Positions 42,152-55,681 are shown, counted from the whole stretch's first letter. The stretch is DNA of 63,465 nt, filler included, from Ionaspis alba (GCA_964255285.1; 8 parts of 8 records of this genome joined end to end with filler, not necessarily neighbours in it); one strand, 5' to 3'. Notes: a model not told the origin generated them from the sequence alone. Program-made: numbers and translations.

Positions 42152-42729
42152 TCATCCGAGCCGATCAGGCGCATCCTTGACATTGAAAATCGTCCTGGGC
42201 TGCTCTGTCCTCACCCGCTCATCTTTCAGCATCCTCGAATCAATCCGTACATCTTCGCCCTCAACTTGCAGTGAAGGTTTCGGTGTGATAGCATCGATCA
42301 CGAAATGGTTGTCGCAGTGTGGGCAATATTCATCGCTTCGCCTCATAAGCCCGAATCAACAAAGGGGTCATCTGCTACTGCTACCTTTCCTCAAATTCTT
42401 CAGCTTCTTTCCGAAAGCATTTCTTGCACTTTTTGCATGCAAAGGTCTGGGTTTCAGGTCAAATTGAGGGGTTTGCAGCGCGTAGATAGAGGAGCATACC
42501 ATGTCCGTCTTTTGCATTAGGGGATGACTTTCTTGCTCGTAGTGGCATTCGGCGCAGTCAAACCATTTGCGACCTGCAAAATAATACTTAGCAATAAGCG
42601 AATTATAAAGGCGTGAGAGGTCACAAATACAGCATGGAGATCTGATAGAGACCTGCGCGTTTAGGATGTGTTTACTAGCACTGCGCTCAGCTTAGAATGG
42701 GAAAGGCCCAAATGTAAAGCATACCACAT
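42152..42729 (-). CDS. CHY-type zinc-finger protein, 5 coding exons (mostly missed by the ORF track)
   Basis: Spliced MC|KHILNAQVSIRSPC|CRKWFDCAECHYEQESHPLMQKTDM|TFACKKCKKCFRKEAEEFEES|DEYCPHCDNHF. All introns are GT-AG. Confidence 0.85.
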
Positions 42730-43241
42730 AGTGTGCCTCGCCCTCAACAAAATTGATGTGTGTTCGTCTACGCCAATACACAGAGAAGTACGGGTGAGCC
42801 TGACTTTTCCTGGTCTTCTCTATTTTGGATAGCTGCCGGCTGCCGACTCAGGGACGGCTTCTCAGATCTCCCGCACGCTGAGGCTGAAATAAGGTTCTTC
42901 TGGTAAACGCCAACGCCAAGGCCCTGACCATGCTCGGAATCTGGAGAAGTTCCCGCATCAAGACTAGGATCATCACTGCAACATGGCCAGTCCGCCAGCA
43001 TCAGCCCACAAAGCAGAGTCAGACTCCATGATGGTTGATTGGAGGAATCCTTAGTCAACCCGAGTTTCCTGAGACTACGAAAATGAGTAATGTTATGTCA
43101 GATGCTGGGCTCCACAGATCGTACCGACAGCACCGCCTCTACTCCAACTCTGTTGAGGAACTCGTAATTCAATCCATTGACACACGGCACAGTCGCGAGC
43201 AGCAGAGAACCAGGAGTCTATGAACGGATGGTTCTTCCAAG

Positions 43242-46200
43242 ATGGAGGAGTCGGACGAAGATGGCATGGATGCATCATCCATCGTAAGCACCACTTACCC
43301 CACATGTTTGCTACAGCTCACACAGAATCTGTGGGGTAGAAGCCAGTATCCTCGCTCCGCTCGCACTTCGAAAGCATGAGAAATACCCCCGCTTCGCCAC
43401 TCCCTACACCATCGGTTTCAAAGCCTGCTGCAATACCTCCACACGTCGAAGCAGACCGTGGAAGATCCTCCCTTGATATTCCTCGAAGAGCGTCGCCTTG
43501 GGATGCCTCCAACGAGAGCCAGAAAAAGGGCAGGTCGCAGCTCTCTAGAACGCCTGAAAGACCGTTCTCACGTACGACAGAGGCCGGTGCTACGAGACAA
43601 CGACCAGTATCGATGGGTCCATGGTCACCTCCTCGAACTCCTCCAACCGTCACCGTACAATCCCCGCAAGATTCCCCAGACTTGAAGAAGATCAAGTTCC
43701 CTAATTTGCAACCGTCTCCGGCCGCTCCTGCGAAAGCTCTAGAGCGGTCCAAATCTCCAATCCCGCCGCCCGTTCCACCCTCTCGTCTTACCAATCGTTC
43801 ACCAAGTAATGAAAAGGCACTCCAACTTTCATCGGCTCCCGCATCGGAAGCGGAGAAGAATACTTCCCAACAGACCTTACCGATCGGCGTGTCCAAGCCT
43901 AGTCCGGTTCCACCACCTGTCAATCGCGCAGATAAACCTCAAGTTGCCCTCAAGAAAAGTCCTCCCGTAGTTCCCACTGGTCCTACTAGCCTCGAGCCCG
44001 CAAGGCCGTTGCTCAAAGACAAGACTTCTCCCTTCAGTACCCCACCAAGCAGTGACGAAAGCTCCTTAGTTGAAGAGACCGTTAGTAATGGATCCGGAGA
44101 AACGCAGGCGCGGAGAGCACCGTCTTTTAGCCAAGGCTATTTCCCTCCACCACCCACACATAGATCTATCAAAATAAGGCAGGAGAACCCCACACATACG
44201 CAACGACAGCGGCAAGATCCGCGGGCAAATGGAAATGTAAGTACATCGTACGACCCGGTTCGCCAGCTGGACCCAAGGCCAGGTCTCCCAAAGCGAAATA
44301 CTTTCGATATTGCTTCTGGTGAGGCCAAAAACACTTCAATCACACAAACGAAACCAGTTCCTTCTCGAACCAGTACAGACCTCCAACGGCAGGCACCTCC
44401 TCCTGCTCCATCACCATACATAACAAGTCGTGTGACCGTGGAGCCTCGTCCGCCACCTAAGAGAAGCAGTCCACCCAAGGACCACGACACCACATCTCGA
44501 AGCGTCCCACCTCCACCAAAGTCCGTCTTAGCCGCCCAACCAGGTGCACCAGCCGACCGGAGCGGTCGATTCGTTGTCGAGGACAGACTTCGAAGAACAG
44601 ACTCCGACGGATCTGGGATGATCGACTCTCCCTTGGAAAATGACTTGGTCTCTATATCCGAGTTCCCGGATGCTTCGAGAGCAAATCGCCGGCCTCCTCG
44701 ACCTCAGGGAGGAATATCTCATGTCGAGACCAAGTACGAAACCAGACTGTTTGACATTTCTGGAAACCACGTTTGCTCTACGGGATTTCTGACTAGAGCC
44801 TGGGACATCAACAGTGGGAGAGTGATCCTCGATATGAGCCATGGTGAGAGGGAGACGAAGATCACCGCCATAGCTTTCAAGCCTGGTGCCACATCAGAAG
44901 AGGAAGGCGTTCGAGTGTGGCTCGGATCGAATCATGGGGACATACAGGAAGTCGATTTGGAGAGCGGGGAGACTGTGTACACAAAACAGAGTGCCCATTC
45001 TAGACGCGAGATCGTTAAGATATATCGGCATCAAAACTCGATGTGGTCTCTAGATGATGAGGGGAAATTACATGTATGGCCGCCAGATGACAAGGGATTA
45101 CCGAATCTACGCCATCTCCCGTTATCTCAAAGAGTTTCTAAAGGGCACACATTCTCTATTGTAATCAAAGATCAGTTATGGCTAGCATCCGGTAAGGACA
45201 TCAGGATTTACAAACCCGGAGCTGGGGAAGATCCGGCATTCCATATCACACATTTACCTCTCAACCATCCAGGTGCTGGCGAAGTCACCTCAGGAGCTGT
45301 CATCAGCAACCAGCTTGATCGGGTGTACTTCGGACATACTGATGGAAAGGTCACTATATACTCGACAGTCAACTACAGTTTCCTTGGCGTTGTTAATGTT
45401 AGTGTCTACAAGATCAATTCTCTGGCTGGAGCAGGTGACTATCTCTGGGCGGGCTATAATACGGGCATGATTTACGTTTATGATACAACCACGCAACCGT
45501 GGGATGTCAAAAAGGATTGGCAAGCACACGATAATCCAGTTTCTGCTATACTAGTGGACCGCAGCAGTGTTTGGAGATTGGGGCGTTTGCAGGTAGCATC
45601 AATCGGCCTGGACAATGCAATCAGGATGTGGGATGGTCTACTTGCAGACGACTGGTTGGGTATGCGGTCCTCTAGTGTGACGATGGCTTATGCTGTACTG
45701 ACCCGTCTCAGAAACTGACATGCAAGCCCATGATACCGAGTACTCTGAATTTCGAGAGATCACCACTGTCGTGGTCACTTGGAATGCGGGTGCTACAACT
45801 CCTGCGAGTCTTCGCCATGATGAGAAGAACACGAATTTCTTGCGGGAAGTACTTCTGCCCCATAATCCGCCAGATATTCTTGTTTTTGGATTCCAAGAAC
45901 TAGTCGACTTGGAGGATAAGAAGTTGACCGCAAGTCTGTATAGCCTTCATTGTCTACTCTCATAAATCTGACCTCCTACAGAAAGTCTCTTCATGGGCAG
46001 TAAGAAGAAAGACTCCTCGGATCAAGAGCACATGAGCCGACAGTATCGAGACTGGCGTGATTACTTGGTGCGTGCAGTCGAAGACAATGTGCCTGCACAG
46101 GAGTCATATTATCTATTACATACTGCCAACATGGTTGGACTCTTCACATGCATATTCGTCAAAGCGTCCCAGCGGAACAAGATACGCAACTTGTCAGCGT

Positions 46201-47103
46201 CAGAAGTGAAACGAGGGCTGGGCGGACTGCACGGAAACAAGGTAGAATCATATTTATGTTCTTTCATTCAGGTACTGATATGACCGTTAAAGGGGGCTTT
46301 AATAGTACGATTTACTCTTGACGATTCCTCCCTTTGCTTCGTTAATTGCCATCTTGCGGCCGGTCAATCCCAAACAGTCAACCGAAACAATGACATCGCC
46401 GCCATCCTCGAGACAGCTGATCTACCCGTTGAACGGGACCCCTCAACTCGGATAGACAACTTCATTGGAGGAGGAGATGGCTCCATGATCATGGACCACG
46501 AAATCTGCATCCTCAACGGCGACCTCAACTACCGAATAGACACCATGGGCCGAGACACCGTCATCAAAGCTATCAAAGCTAACAACCTTACCAAACTCCT
46601 AGAACGCGATCAACTTCTTGTCTCTCGTAGAAGAAATCCCGGATTCCGATTGCGGACTTTCAAAGAATCGCCCATCACCTTTGCGCCGACATACAAATAC
46701 GACGTCGGCACTGACCGCTACGATACTAGTGAAAAGAGTCGTTCACCAGCTTGGTGTGATCGCTTGCTGTATCGAGGCGTGGGACGTATACGGCAACTTG
46801 ATTATCGAAGACATGAGCTACGGGTTTCGGATCATCGGCCCGTTAGTGGGACTTTTCAGATGCGGATTAAGAGTATTTCGCCGAAGAAACGAATACTGGT
46901 GTGGAAACAGTGCGAGGAGAAGTTGGTGAAGATGAAGATGAAGCTTGCGAGGGAAGCCAAGTAAGCAAAGCCTTCTCAGTTCATCTTAGTCGATCGAAGC
47001 GCGTGATATATCGTTCAAGTCTGATACTTGTTTTAGAATCGATTATCTCGTCAGCGTCCTCGGGGTCGAGGATAATGAGGCACGACGATTGGTAGGAAAG
47101 TGA
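43242..47103 (+). CDS. Inositol polyphosphate 5-phosphatase with Pro-rich N-terminus and WD40-like region
   Basis: Motifs TWNAG, VFGFQELVDL, GLHGNK|GAL, VNCHLAAGQ, LNGDLNYRI, PTYKYD, PAWCDRLL and SDHRPV. Spliced start MEESDEDGMDASSI|KPVSSLRSHFE. Confidence 0.92.
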
Positions 47104-47511
47104 TCAGTCCTGGGTATATTGATGTTCTCATGGTGATCTGCATAGCGTGGGAGTCTGTATGATTCTTTGGAAACCACCTAGATATTCTCCATAGTTCACG
47201 ACGTGTTCCACATCAAAATGTCAGAGAGGTTTGTTACCCTCCAGATTTACAGGGGAGTCCCTTGACCAGCCCTATGTCTTGGCGATCGTGGACGAGAAAA
47301 TCGACGTAAACAATGGCGTCACTACATTTGGGTACCTACCTTGCATTACACTTCAACCTCACCGCTTCCAATATGCCCTGTTCAAGCATTCAACCTCACG
47401 TCTGTGATTTTTCTCTTCCTCAATCTTTCATAACCTGAGTCATTCTACCTCATCTCCTCCTATCACCTTCCTACCATAACTTCCCTCCCTGAAAAAGCTC
47501 ACCGGGCCATC

Positions 47512-47663
47512 ATGTCAGACCTCGACGAATGGAAGACACGTGCCCCCTACAAAATCCACGACGACGACAAAGGCTTCAAAGTCCGCTATGAGGGAAGCTG
47601 TCACTGTGGCCGTGTCCAGTACCAATTGAGTCGGGACGCACCATTAGCGGCGAAATACTGCCA
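47512..47663 (+). CDS. GFA/CENP-V (Mss4-like) Zn-binding protein, N-terminal fragment
   Basis: YEGSCHCGRVQY...AKYC motif, cut by the spacer. Confidence 0.75.
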
Positions 47664-47763
47664 NNNNNNNNNNNNNNNNNNNNNNNNNNNNNNNNNNNNN
47701 NNNNNNNTTAATTAATTAANNNNNNNNNNNNNNNNNNNNNNNNNNNNNNNNNNNNNNNNNNNN

Positions 47764-49743
47764 CTCGACCAGTACACCTACGTCTTCGTCATCGGCACCT
47801 TCTTTGCCCTGCTCGATGCTTACAACAACGGTGCAAGTGAGTAGCTCAGTCCTGCTTTGGCGGGGTACAAATACTGATGAGTTTGACAGACGATGTGGCG
47901 AACGCTTGGGCGACGAGTGTCTCGTCGAGGTCCATCTCTTACAGACAGGCAATGATATTGGGCACCATATTTGAAATGCTTGGAGCGATCACTGTCGGCT
48001 CACGAACGGCCGAAACTATCAAGAACGGCATTATTCCCAACTCCGCCTTCCGCAACAATGCTGGTGTCCAGATGCTCGCATTCACCTGCGCGCTCGCAGC
48101 CGCCTCTTCATGGGTCATGTGGTGCTCGCGACACTCTGCCCACGTCTCGTCGACCTACTCACTTATCTCAGCCGTCGCCGGCGTCGGTGTCGCGACTGTT
48201 GGTGCCTCCCAGGTACAGTGGGGCTGGAACGACGGCAAGGGTCTCGGTGCCATTTTTGCTGGTCTTGGGATGGCTCCTGCCATTTCTGCCGGCTTTGCCG
48301 CTTCCATCTTCTTGCTCATTAAGCTCGTTGTGCACATGCGGAAGAATCCCGTGCCGTGGGCCATCTACACCTCGCCCTTGTTCTTCCTCATCGCTGGTAC
48401 CATCTGCACAATGTCCATTGTCTACAAAGGCACTCCCAACCTCGGCCTGAACAAGAAGCCCGGGTCGTACGTTGCCGCCGTCACCATGGGCACAGGCGCC
48501 GGTGTCGCCATCTTGTCGGCTATCTTCTTTGTTCCTTTCGTGCACGCAAAGGTTGTCAAAAAAGATTACACCATCAAATGGTGGACGTTCATCCTGGGCC
48601 CTCTGCTATTCAAACGCCCAGCCCCTGTCGATGCTGACCAGGCCAAAGTTCCCAACTACGCTGTCGTCCAGGACGAAGAGGAGGAACAGTCTTTCACCCG
48701 CTCGCCAAAATCCGTGGGCGAATATAATACCAATAAGGCTGAGACCGGCGACGTGCCCGTCACGACTCCCGCCGAGGAAAACGAAAAGAAACTTGCTGCG
48801 GCCGAGACCACACAGCTCACCTACAAAGAGCTCATGGTCCAGGGAGAGAGCAAGCTACATGCAAAGCTCTTGAAGAACCGCGGTCCCATGGGCTGGGCTA
48901 TGCGCACACTCCGTGACAACCCTATGGGCGCTGGCCAAATCTATGAGCTTCACAACATCAAAATGTTCGCAAAGCGCCTTCCTGCTATGATCGTTTGCGG
49001 TGCTCTCTATGGTCTCCACTATGACATCCACGCTGCACAGACTGGTATTGCTGGCACCCCAGATGGTCAACGCATGCAGCGTGTGTACGCACACGCAGAA
49101 AAATACCCAAACGAAGTCGAGCACACCTACTCGTTTGTCCAGATTCTCACCGCTTGCACGGCATCCTTTGCCCATGGTGCCAATGATATTGGAAATTCGG
49201 TCGGACCCTGGGCTGTCATCTACTCTGCCTGGTCTACCGGCAGTGCCGCTGCTTCCAAAGCTCCTGTCCCGATCTGGCAGCTGGCTGTTCTCTCTGCAAC
49301 CATTTCACTCGGCCTTCTTACCTATGGTTACAACATTATGAAGGGTGAGTGGACCTCAATGGCGGACCTTGAATACTTGTGCTGACTCGATTCTTAAACA
49401 GTCATGGGTAACAAGATCACATATCATTCGCCTAGTAGAGGTTTGACGCCTTCCCTCTAGGCCCACACGGCATCCGCTGACTCTGCTCTTTTCTCCAGGT
49501 TCCTCTATGGAGATGGGCGCCGCCCTCACCGTCCTCATCTTCTCGCAGTACTCTCTTCCCGTCTCTACCTCTATGTGCATCACTGGCGCTACCGTCGGTG
49601 TTGGCCTCTGCAACGGCACCTTGAAGGCTGTCAACTTTCAGCGAGTTGGCCTCCTCCTCCTCGCATGGATCGCCACTATCCCCATGGCCGGCACTCTCGG
49701 AGGAATACTCATGGGCTTGGTCCTTAATGCTCCTCACTTCTAA
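47764..49743 (+). CDS. PHO89: Na+/phosphate symporter Pho89/Pho-4 (PiT family), first few codons missing
   Basis: PiT signatures AYNNGA|NDVANAWAT and SFAHGANDIGNSVGP, plus HVSSTYS, VMGNKITYHSPSRG and LPVSTS. Three introns visible. Confidence 0.93.
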
Positions 49744-50700
49744 ACAAAATCTCACGTCCAATTGATGAATTGCCCACTTGAGTTCGGGCATAGCCATATC
49801 AGGTTTTTGTATTTATCGCAAATGTAAATCGGATGTTGATCAATTTTGGACGGTAATGTGCGAAGACATTAATTTTCTTCGGATTTGAACTACACTTATA
49901 TATGGGGACCAAACTTGCGCCAAAACTACTCAAAGCAAGAAGCGTAACGTGATGTCAAGCCCATGGATAAGCACTTATCGTGTCATCCACAATTGTAACG
50001 GTAAGATGGTCTGACTATTGATAGCAAACAGCGGCACAATTCAGCTCCTTTGACGACCTCCAGTAACGATTTTCCTTTCCTTATCGGTGGACTTTAAGCT
50101 CACTGCCCAGTCTCCCCCATGATCTGATAGAGTGGTTCCTGAGTCTGGGAAATTCACTGCTCGGAACGAGTACACTATTTTGTCTAATATCTGCTGGTAA
50201 CGGAGCTCCAAAATGCCGAAAATGGGTGAGTTCCTGAGACGTGTTGGACATATTCTTGCGGAGGACAGTTGAAAGGCAAGGGGCTACTCATAAGCCGCAC
50301 AGATATCCCACTGATTCCTTTGGACAACAAAGGCTTGGACTCGTTCCTAACTGTTCCAATTCCATTCGAAATTGAAAACTCGGACATCCAGTCAGTCTAC
50401 TGAATCAGTGAGGCAACAGAGTACGGAAGATTTATCGTGTTGTACCATCCTCGAGGCTTCTCTCTGAGATGCCACATACCAAGTTCAATGGTTCTGCCAG
50501 GCCACTCGAAGTTAAGGCTTTTTCGGCCTGGGCTTTAAAAGGTAATCGGTTCACCATATCCGTTGCCGAAGGCCGAACATATCAAATAAGACTTTAATTG
50601 GAAACATGGAACATAGGGGGGACTCTAGCCAGTAATTGAACATAAATTATGATTTCTGTGCCTGCAGCTGTAATCTGAGAGGCCGCCGAGCCCAAACAGG

Positions 50701-50720
50701 AGAAGCTTCTCGAAGCTTCT
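50701..50720. promoter_or_regulatory. Perfect heat-shock element (four inverted nGAAn units) upstream of SIS1
   Basis: aGAAgcTTCtcGAAgcTTCt, about 380 bp before the SIS1 ATG. Confidence 0.8.
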
Positions 50721-51096
50721 TTTTGTACCGGGAGTTGAGCCGAACAACGTCACAATCGACGTGGGGCTGTAGGATGATCCAACTCTCACAGCCCCCAGGT
50801 ATCATGTGCCAGCAAACAGGAATAAAACAAGCAATTGAGTTCGAATATTGAGAGATAATCATACCGGGTTACGGCGCACAAACAAACCAGTGATCAGTCT
50901 CACCCAGGAACAAAGAGCCCAATTTATCCACGTTGGTTCTTGAACGATCTTGTTCCAACTCCTTCATTATCAATCATTCATGCCGAAATTGTTCACCTTG
51001 CACTAGACTCTGAAGTATCCAGGTGGCATCGCCCACTTGTCTCCCGTACCGGGCCTCTAGTGCTATCACTCCACTCCACACTACACCGACCTCAAG

Positions 51097-52297
51097 ATGG
51101 TCGCAGAGACCAAGCTCTACGATGCTCTTAGTATCTCCTCCTCGGCTTCACAAGATGAGATAAAAAAGGCGTATAGGTCAGTTTCCTTTCTCTTCAACAC
51201 CAGGATTTACCCCATGTACTAAAGTTATGACAGGAAAGCAGCACTGAAATGGCACCCGGACAAGAACAAGGACAATCCCAATGCCTCCGAAAAGTTCAAA
51301 GAAGTCTCCCAAGCCTACGAGATTCTCTCCGACCCGGAGAAACGTAAAGTTTACGATCAATTTGGCTTGGAGTTCTTACTAAGAGGCGGACAAGAGGCAC
51401 CACCTCCAGGAGGAGCTCCAGGGGGAATGCCAGGGATGGGAGGTATGGGTGGCATGCCAGGAGGATTCAATATGGGTGGCATGCCTGGTGGCGGACGAAC
51501 CTTCCACTTTTCGACAGGTGGGGGTGGAGCGGGCTTCAACTTCAGTAATCCGGAGGACATCTTTTCTAGCTTCTTCAAAGGGGGAGGTGCAAATATGGGT
51601 GACGATGACGATATTTTTGCACAATTAGGTGGGGGTAATTTTGGAAAGGCTGGAGGCTCGAGAAGTGGCAGATTTGCGAGCTCAAATGGAGGTGGGAAAC
51701 AGCGGGCACCAACACCGGAGGTCACGATTGTGGAGAGGAACTTGCCCGTAACATTGGAGCAGCTTTTCAAGGGCACGAAAAAGAAGATGAACATCAAACG
51801 GAAAACTTTCGATGAGACGACGGGGAAGAGGAAGATGGAGGAGAAATTGCTGGAAATTGACATCAAGCCTGGGTACAAGGCCGGGACGAAGATCAAATTC
51901 AAAGGCTGGGGTGATCAAGAGGACGGGGCGACACAGGATCTACATTTTGTGATCACTGAAGTAAGCTATGTGACCACGGAGCTGGTCTTATTGATTTTTC
52001 GCTAATAGGCAAACAGAAAGAGCATCCACTCTTCAAACGGGAAGGAGATGATCTACGAGCTCTTGTCGAGATAGATCTCAAGGAAGCGCTGACTGGTTGG
52101 AGAAAAACCGTCTCTACCATTGACGGCAGGCAGATCTCAGCTAGCGGAGGAGGACCCACACCACCAGGTCACGAGATACGATACCCGGAGCAAGGCATGC
52201 CGAAGAGCAAAAAGCCTGGTGAAAGGGGAGATATGATCCTACAGATCCAGGTCAAATTCCCCTCGAGCTTGACAGTTGCTCAAAAGAATCAATTGAA
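51097..52297 (+). CDS. SIS1: Type II Hsp40/DnaJ Sis1/Psi1; last codons fall in the gap
   Basis: [11 protein letters not shown]...[16 protein letters not shown] (J domain with HPD), G/F-M-rich region, [11 protein letters not shown] and LKEALTGW. Confidence 0.94.
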
Positions 52298-52397
52298 NNN
52301 NNNNNNNNNNNNNNNNNNNNNNNNNNNNNNNNNNNNNNNNNNNNNNNNNNNNNNNNNNNNNNNNNNNNNNNNNNNNNNNNNNNNNNNNNNNNNNNNN

Positions 52398-52838
52398 CGC
52401 GCTGGGTGCCGATACGTGGTGAGGATGTATGGGAGAGTGGTTCCAGCCAGGGAAGACAGGGACAGGGAGAGGAAATGGTGGAAAGAGGCTATGGAAGAGG
52501 TGGACTTGGGCAGGGGTTTGTGATGCGCCAGGTAGGATTCTAGGCCACTAGAGAAAGCAAAAGAACCCAAGGGGAGGGCGGAATCAGAGAGGAGGAGGAG
52601 AGTGTGCGGAGTGGAGTTCAGAGGACCTAGGCATGTGGCATCAGCATAAATGAACAGGGCGATAGATGGGAGGAGAGTCCAAAGCACCATGATTGAGCTC
52701 CAACTTGTAGACTGATCGGGAGTCAGTTGATTCCCGATGGGGAAGAAGAGTCTTCAGTTTCGAACGCGCATGGTGGAGGGAACTCTCGAGATGAGCAATC
52801 TCGTCTTCCAGAGCTTGCTCATCGTCTTCGGTGGTCAT
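52398..52838 (-). CDS. ureF: Urease accessory protein UreF, N-terminal part
   Basis: HTLLLLSDSALPLGSFAFSSGLESYLAH motif. The 3' part is lost in gap 52298-52397. The upstream exon (MTTEDDEQ...) is inferred. Confidence 0.85.
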
Positions 52839-53534
52839 GAGGACATGCTAACAGCGTAAGGATCCGGACACAGTACAAGGTGAGCAACTGGCTTCAATAT
52901 AGATAAGATCCAATGCCGCTTTTTTCAGAAAGAAGCCATTTTAAAGCGGCACTAGGAACCTCTGATATGACCATGATTCTCCTTTCCATGTTTAGCAACC
53001 TCAATACCAAATTCCTGCTTTTCTTACCTACAACAGATATGCGTAGTATATAAGGTGCTTATGTATTGAGCTTTTCGTCTATATGATCACTGTATACATG
53101 CATATGTACCACCGAATCGTTTTTACAATGCTTTTTTGCACTCTTGTTCATGGTGGCCGTTTGCGGCCACATTTTAGTATCACTAGTACTTACTCACCAC
53201 TGTCAAAGGGCAGGTCTGTGATCTCCTCTCTACTAATCTTGCGTGAAAACCTATCTGTGTCAACGATGCTTTGTACCGAGTATACAGACACTAATCCATT
53301 TCCCTTGTTCCCCCAAATAATGAATTCGTGGCCTTCGCCCAAAACAATCGCTGACTCGGGCGATTGTTACTATCTTCTTTGTGTCTTGCTTCTCTTTTTC
53401 ATTATGGCTACTATGTATGTGTCGCCAGTCCTTGCGCCTGTTGTAGTTTCGACCACTTTTCCCCGTCTACTTTATCCAATTGATTACACATCTCTTGTTC
53501 CTGCTGTGCCCGTTTTTCCCTTTTTTTTGGCCAA

Positions 53535-55581
53535 ATGTCCCCGAATCACTCCACAGCCTATGGGCACGATGTCGGCTACTGGAACAGCAATTCTACCATG
53601 CCAAGCTGCCGCACAGCAATCCGAACATGGGGCACACCCGACCAAAAGCCAAAGTCGAATGCCAAAAAATTGGACTTGGTTCAAGCTGCAATGAACGTAG
53701 TGATGAACCGAACACCTCGACCGAGCGAAGCTCAATTCCGAACTATCATGAGCGGCGGACAGTTGCCTGCACAGCCGCTTCAACTGCAAACAAGCGGTAG
53801 TAGAGCCGGTCCTTCAGGTCCTGCCAGACCCAATTCTCCTGCTCCAGTAGCGGGTCCTTCAGGTATCGGTGACTCAAACAAGCCGCCTGCTCCTCTACAA
53901 GCACCGCAGCCCGCGACTGGGCCTGTTTATCAGTTGAATAAGCCACAAATCCCTGAGATCCCCGAGCGTGACCTCGTCGCCCTTGATCGCCGACGGCCTC
54001 TCATTGTTGGAAATGATGACGCAGTAAGGCGAAACAACTGGAATCGAATCTTCGAAGATGTCCAAGTCAAAGCTTTCCACCGTGGCGCTGAACTCGCGAA
54101 GGACGCTGAAAGGACAATTTCGAAAATGCGGCCGAGGACGAATTTGATCTCGCCTAACCTCCGGGACTTTGAAAGTCTCTTCAACGACGAAGATGATCCC
54201 CACATTTCCGAGATGCGGGTCAGATTCTATGATTACCCTGTGACACAGGGACCGTTCAACAATAGGACCAACGCAGCAGGACATCCGCCTGACGCGCATT
54301 TTCCTGTTCAGGAATATGCCTTTAGTGCTGCAGGGAAGCTTTACCCTTATCGTGGCAAAGGTCCCCCTTGGGAAAACAACTCTTGTGCCCTTGACTGTGT
54401 TATTATTGCGGCACGTCTCTTGGACTTGGGACTAATTACAGCGGACATAGGGGATCAGTCGAGGCAAACTTGGTTAAACTTACTTGACGATTTCGAAAGA
54501 TCCTTCCTCGACGTTGTGCACTCGGACTGGGACATCTTTACTAGGAAAACAGGTCAGGCTCGCAGAAGATTATTCTACGACCAGCTCTTAACACGACTAA
54601 ACTCCACCCTTCCCGAGGCTGCACCGCCATACAGACCTGGCCAGTTCTTGCCGTCCGCAAGACTCTGGGCAGAGTGTACGTCAATGGCCAACCAGTTCAC
54701 GTTCTACTCATATCTAGTGAGGACATGTTCGAGCTGCGGCGACACAAGATCTCTGAGAAATGAAAGTGGAGAAAGCCACAATTCCATTACCCTTCCCGAG
54801 CCATTTACGGATCAAGATCCCGATACCGACATGGAAACGCTGCTCAGAGAATGGTTTGGGGTGCCAAATCCTGCTCGATTCAGAGAACATCGCTCTGGGT
54901 GTAAGGCGATGGGTCAATTCCGAAGGCAAGTGATTGTTGGGGGAATGCCTCAAAGACTTGCAGTCTTTCCATCCCACACGAGAAAAAACATCCCGGGTGC
55001 TACCAACGACAATATTTCATTCAGATTCTTGGATGAAGAAGAGCGGGAGCACGAGGTGACTTACCGCTGGCTCGGCGGCATTTATTGTCAAGTACGCCAT
55101 TTTCGCGTGTACTGGCGAGATAGTTCGTATCCAGACCGGAGCGGGAACATCAAGATTTATGACGGCCAACTACTTGATGGTGCGATCATCGGAGGTGTGC
55201 CTCCTCAACATCCAGATTACAAGGTAGTCGACTGGTGGGCCGATGGAACAGACATGCTCTTCTACGAGCGTGTTGATACAGAGGATAGAGCTATCTCTAC
55301 GAAGACTACCTTTGCTGTCTCCGAACGGATAGGAGGTCTTCACAGCGCCCGAGTACAGGGTCTAAGTGGTCTCAAGCCTGCTGACAATTCAGCACCCACA
55401 GCTGGACCTTCAGGCACTTCCAGAGGTGGTCATACAGGGGGCTTTTTGGCCCAGGCGGGAATGAGCCAATCGGCAGGTAAGGAGGATTCTCAAATTCTAA
55501 AAAACAAGGGGAAGCAACCAGGTGGAAAGGAGATTCCTCGGATTACCGAGAATAAAGGCAAGCAACCAGCTGGTACGTTCG
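53535..55581 (+). CDS. Uncharacterised protein with a putative USP-fold cysteine-protease domain; start uncertain, 3'-truncated
   Basis: Open frame of about 680 aa with WENNSCALDC, CSSC, RHFRVYW and IYDG. A short upstream exon may begin at 53404 (ATGGCTACTAT|GTATGT). Confidence 0.7.
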
Positions 55582-55681
55582 NNNNNNNNNNNNNNNNNNN
55601 NNNNNNNNNNNNNNNNNNNNNNNNNTTAATTAATTAANNNNNNNNNNNNNNNNNNNNNNNNNNNNNNNNNNNNNNNNNNNN

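Noticed and set aside
49966..50577. Inverted GATA pair (49966-49979) and 8-bp inverted repeat TTCGGCCT/AGGCCGAA (about 50522-50577)
   Set aside because: Too short to exceed chance, and no clear target gene.
53083..53694. 203-aa hydrophobic ORF upstream of the USP-like gene
   Set aside because: The hydrophobicity reflects T-rich promoter, UTR and intron sequence, and it overlaps the larger ORF out of frame.
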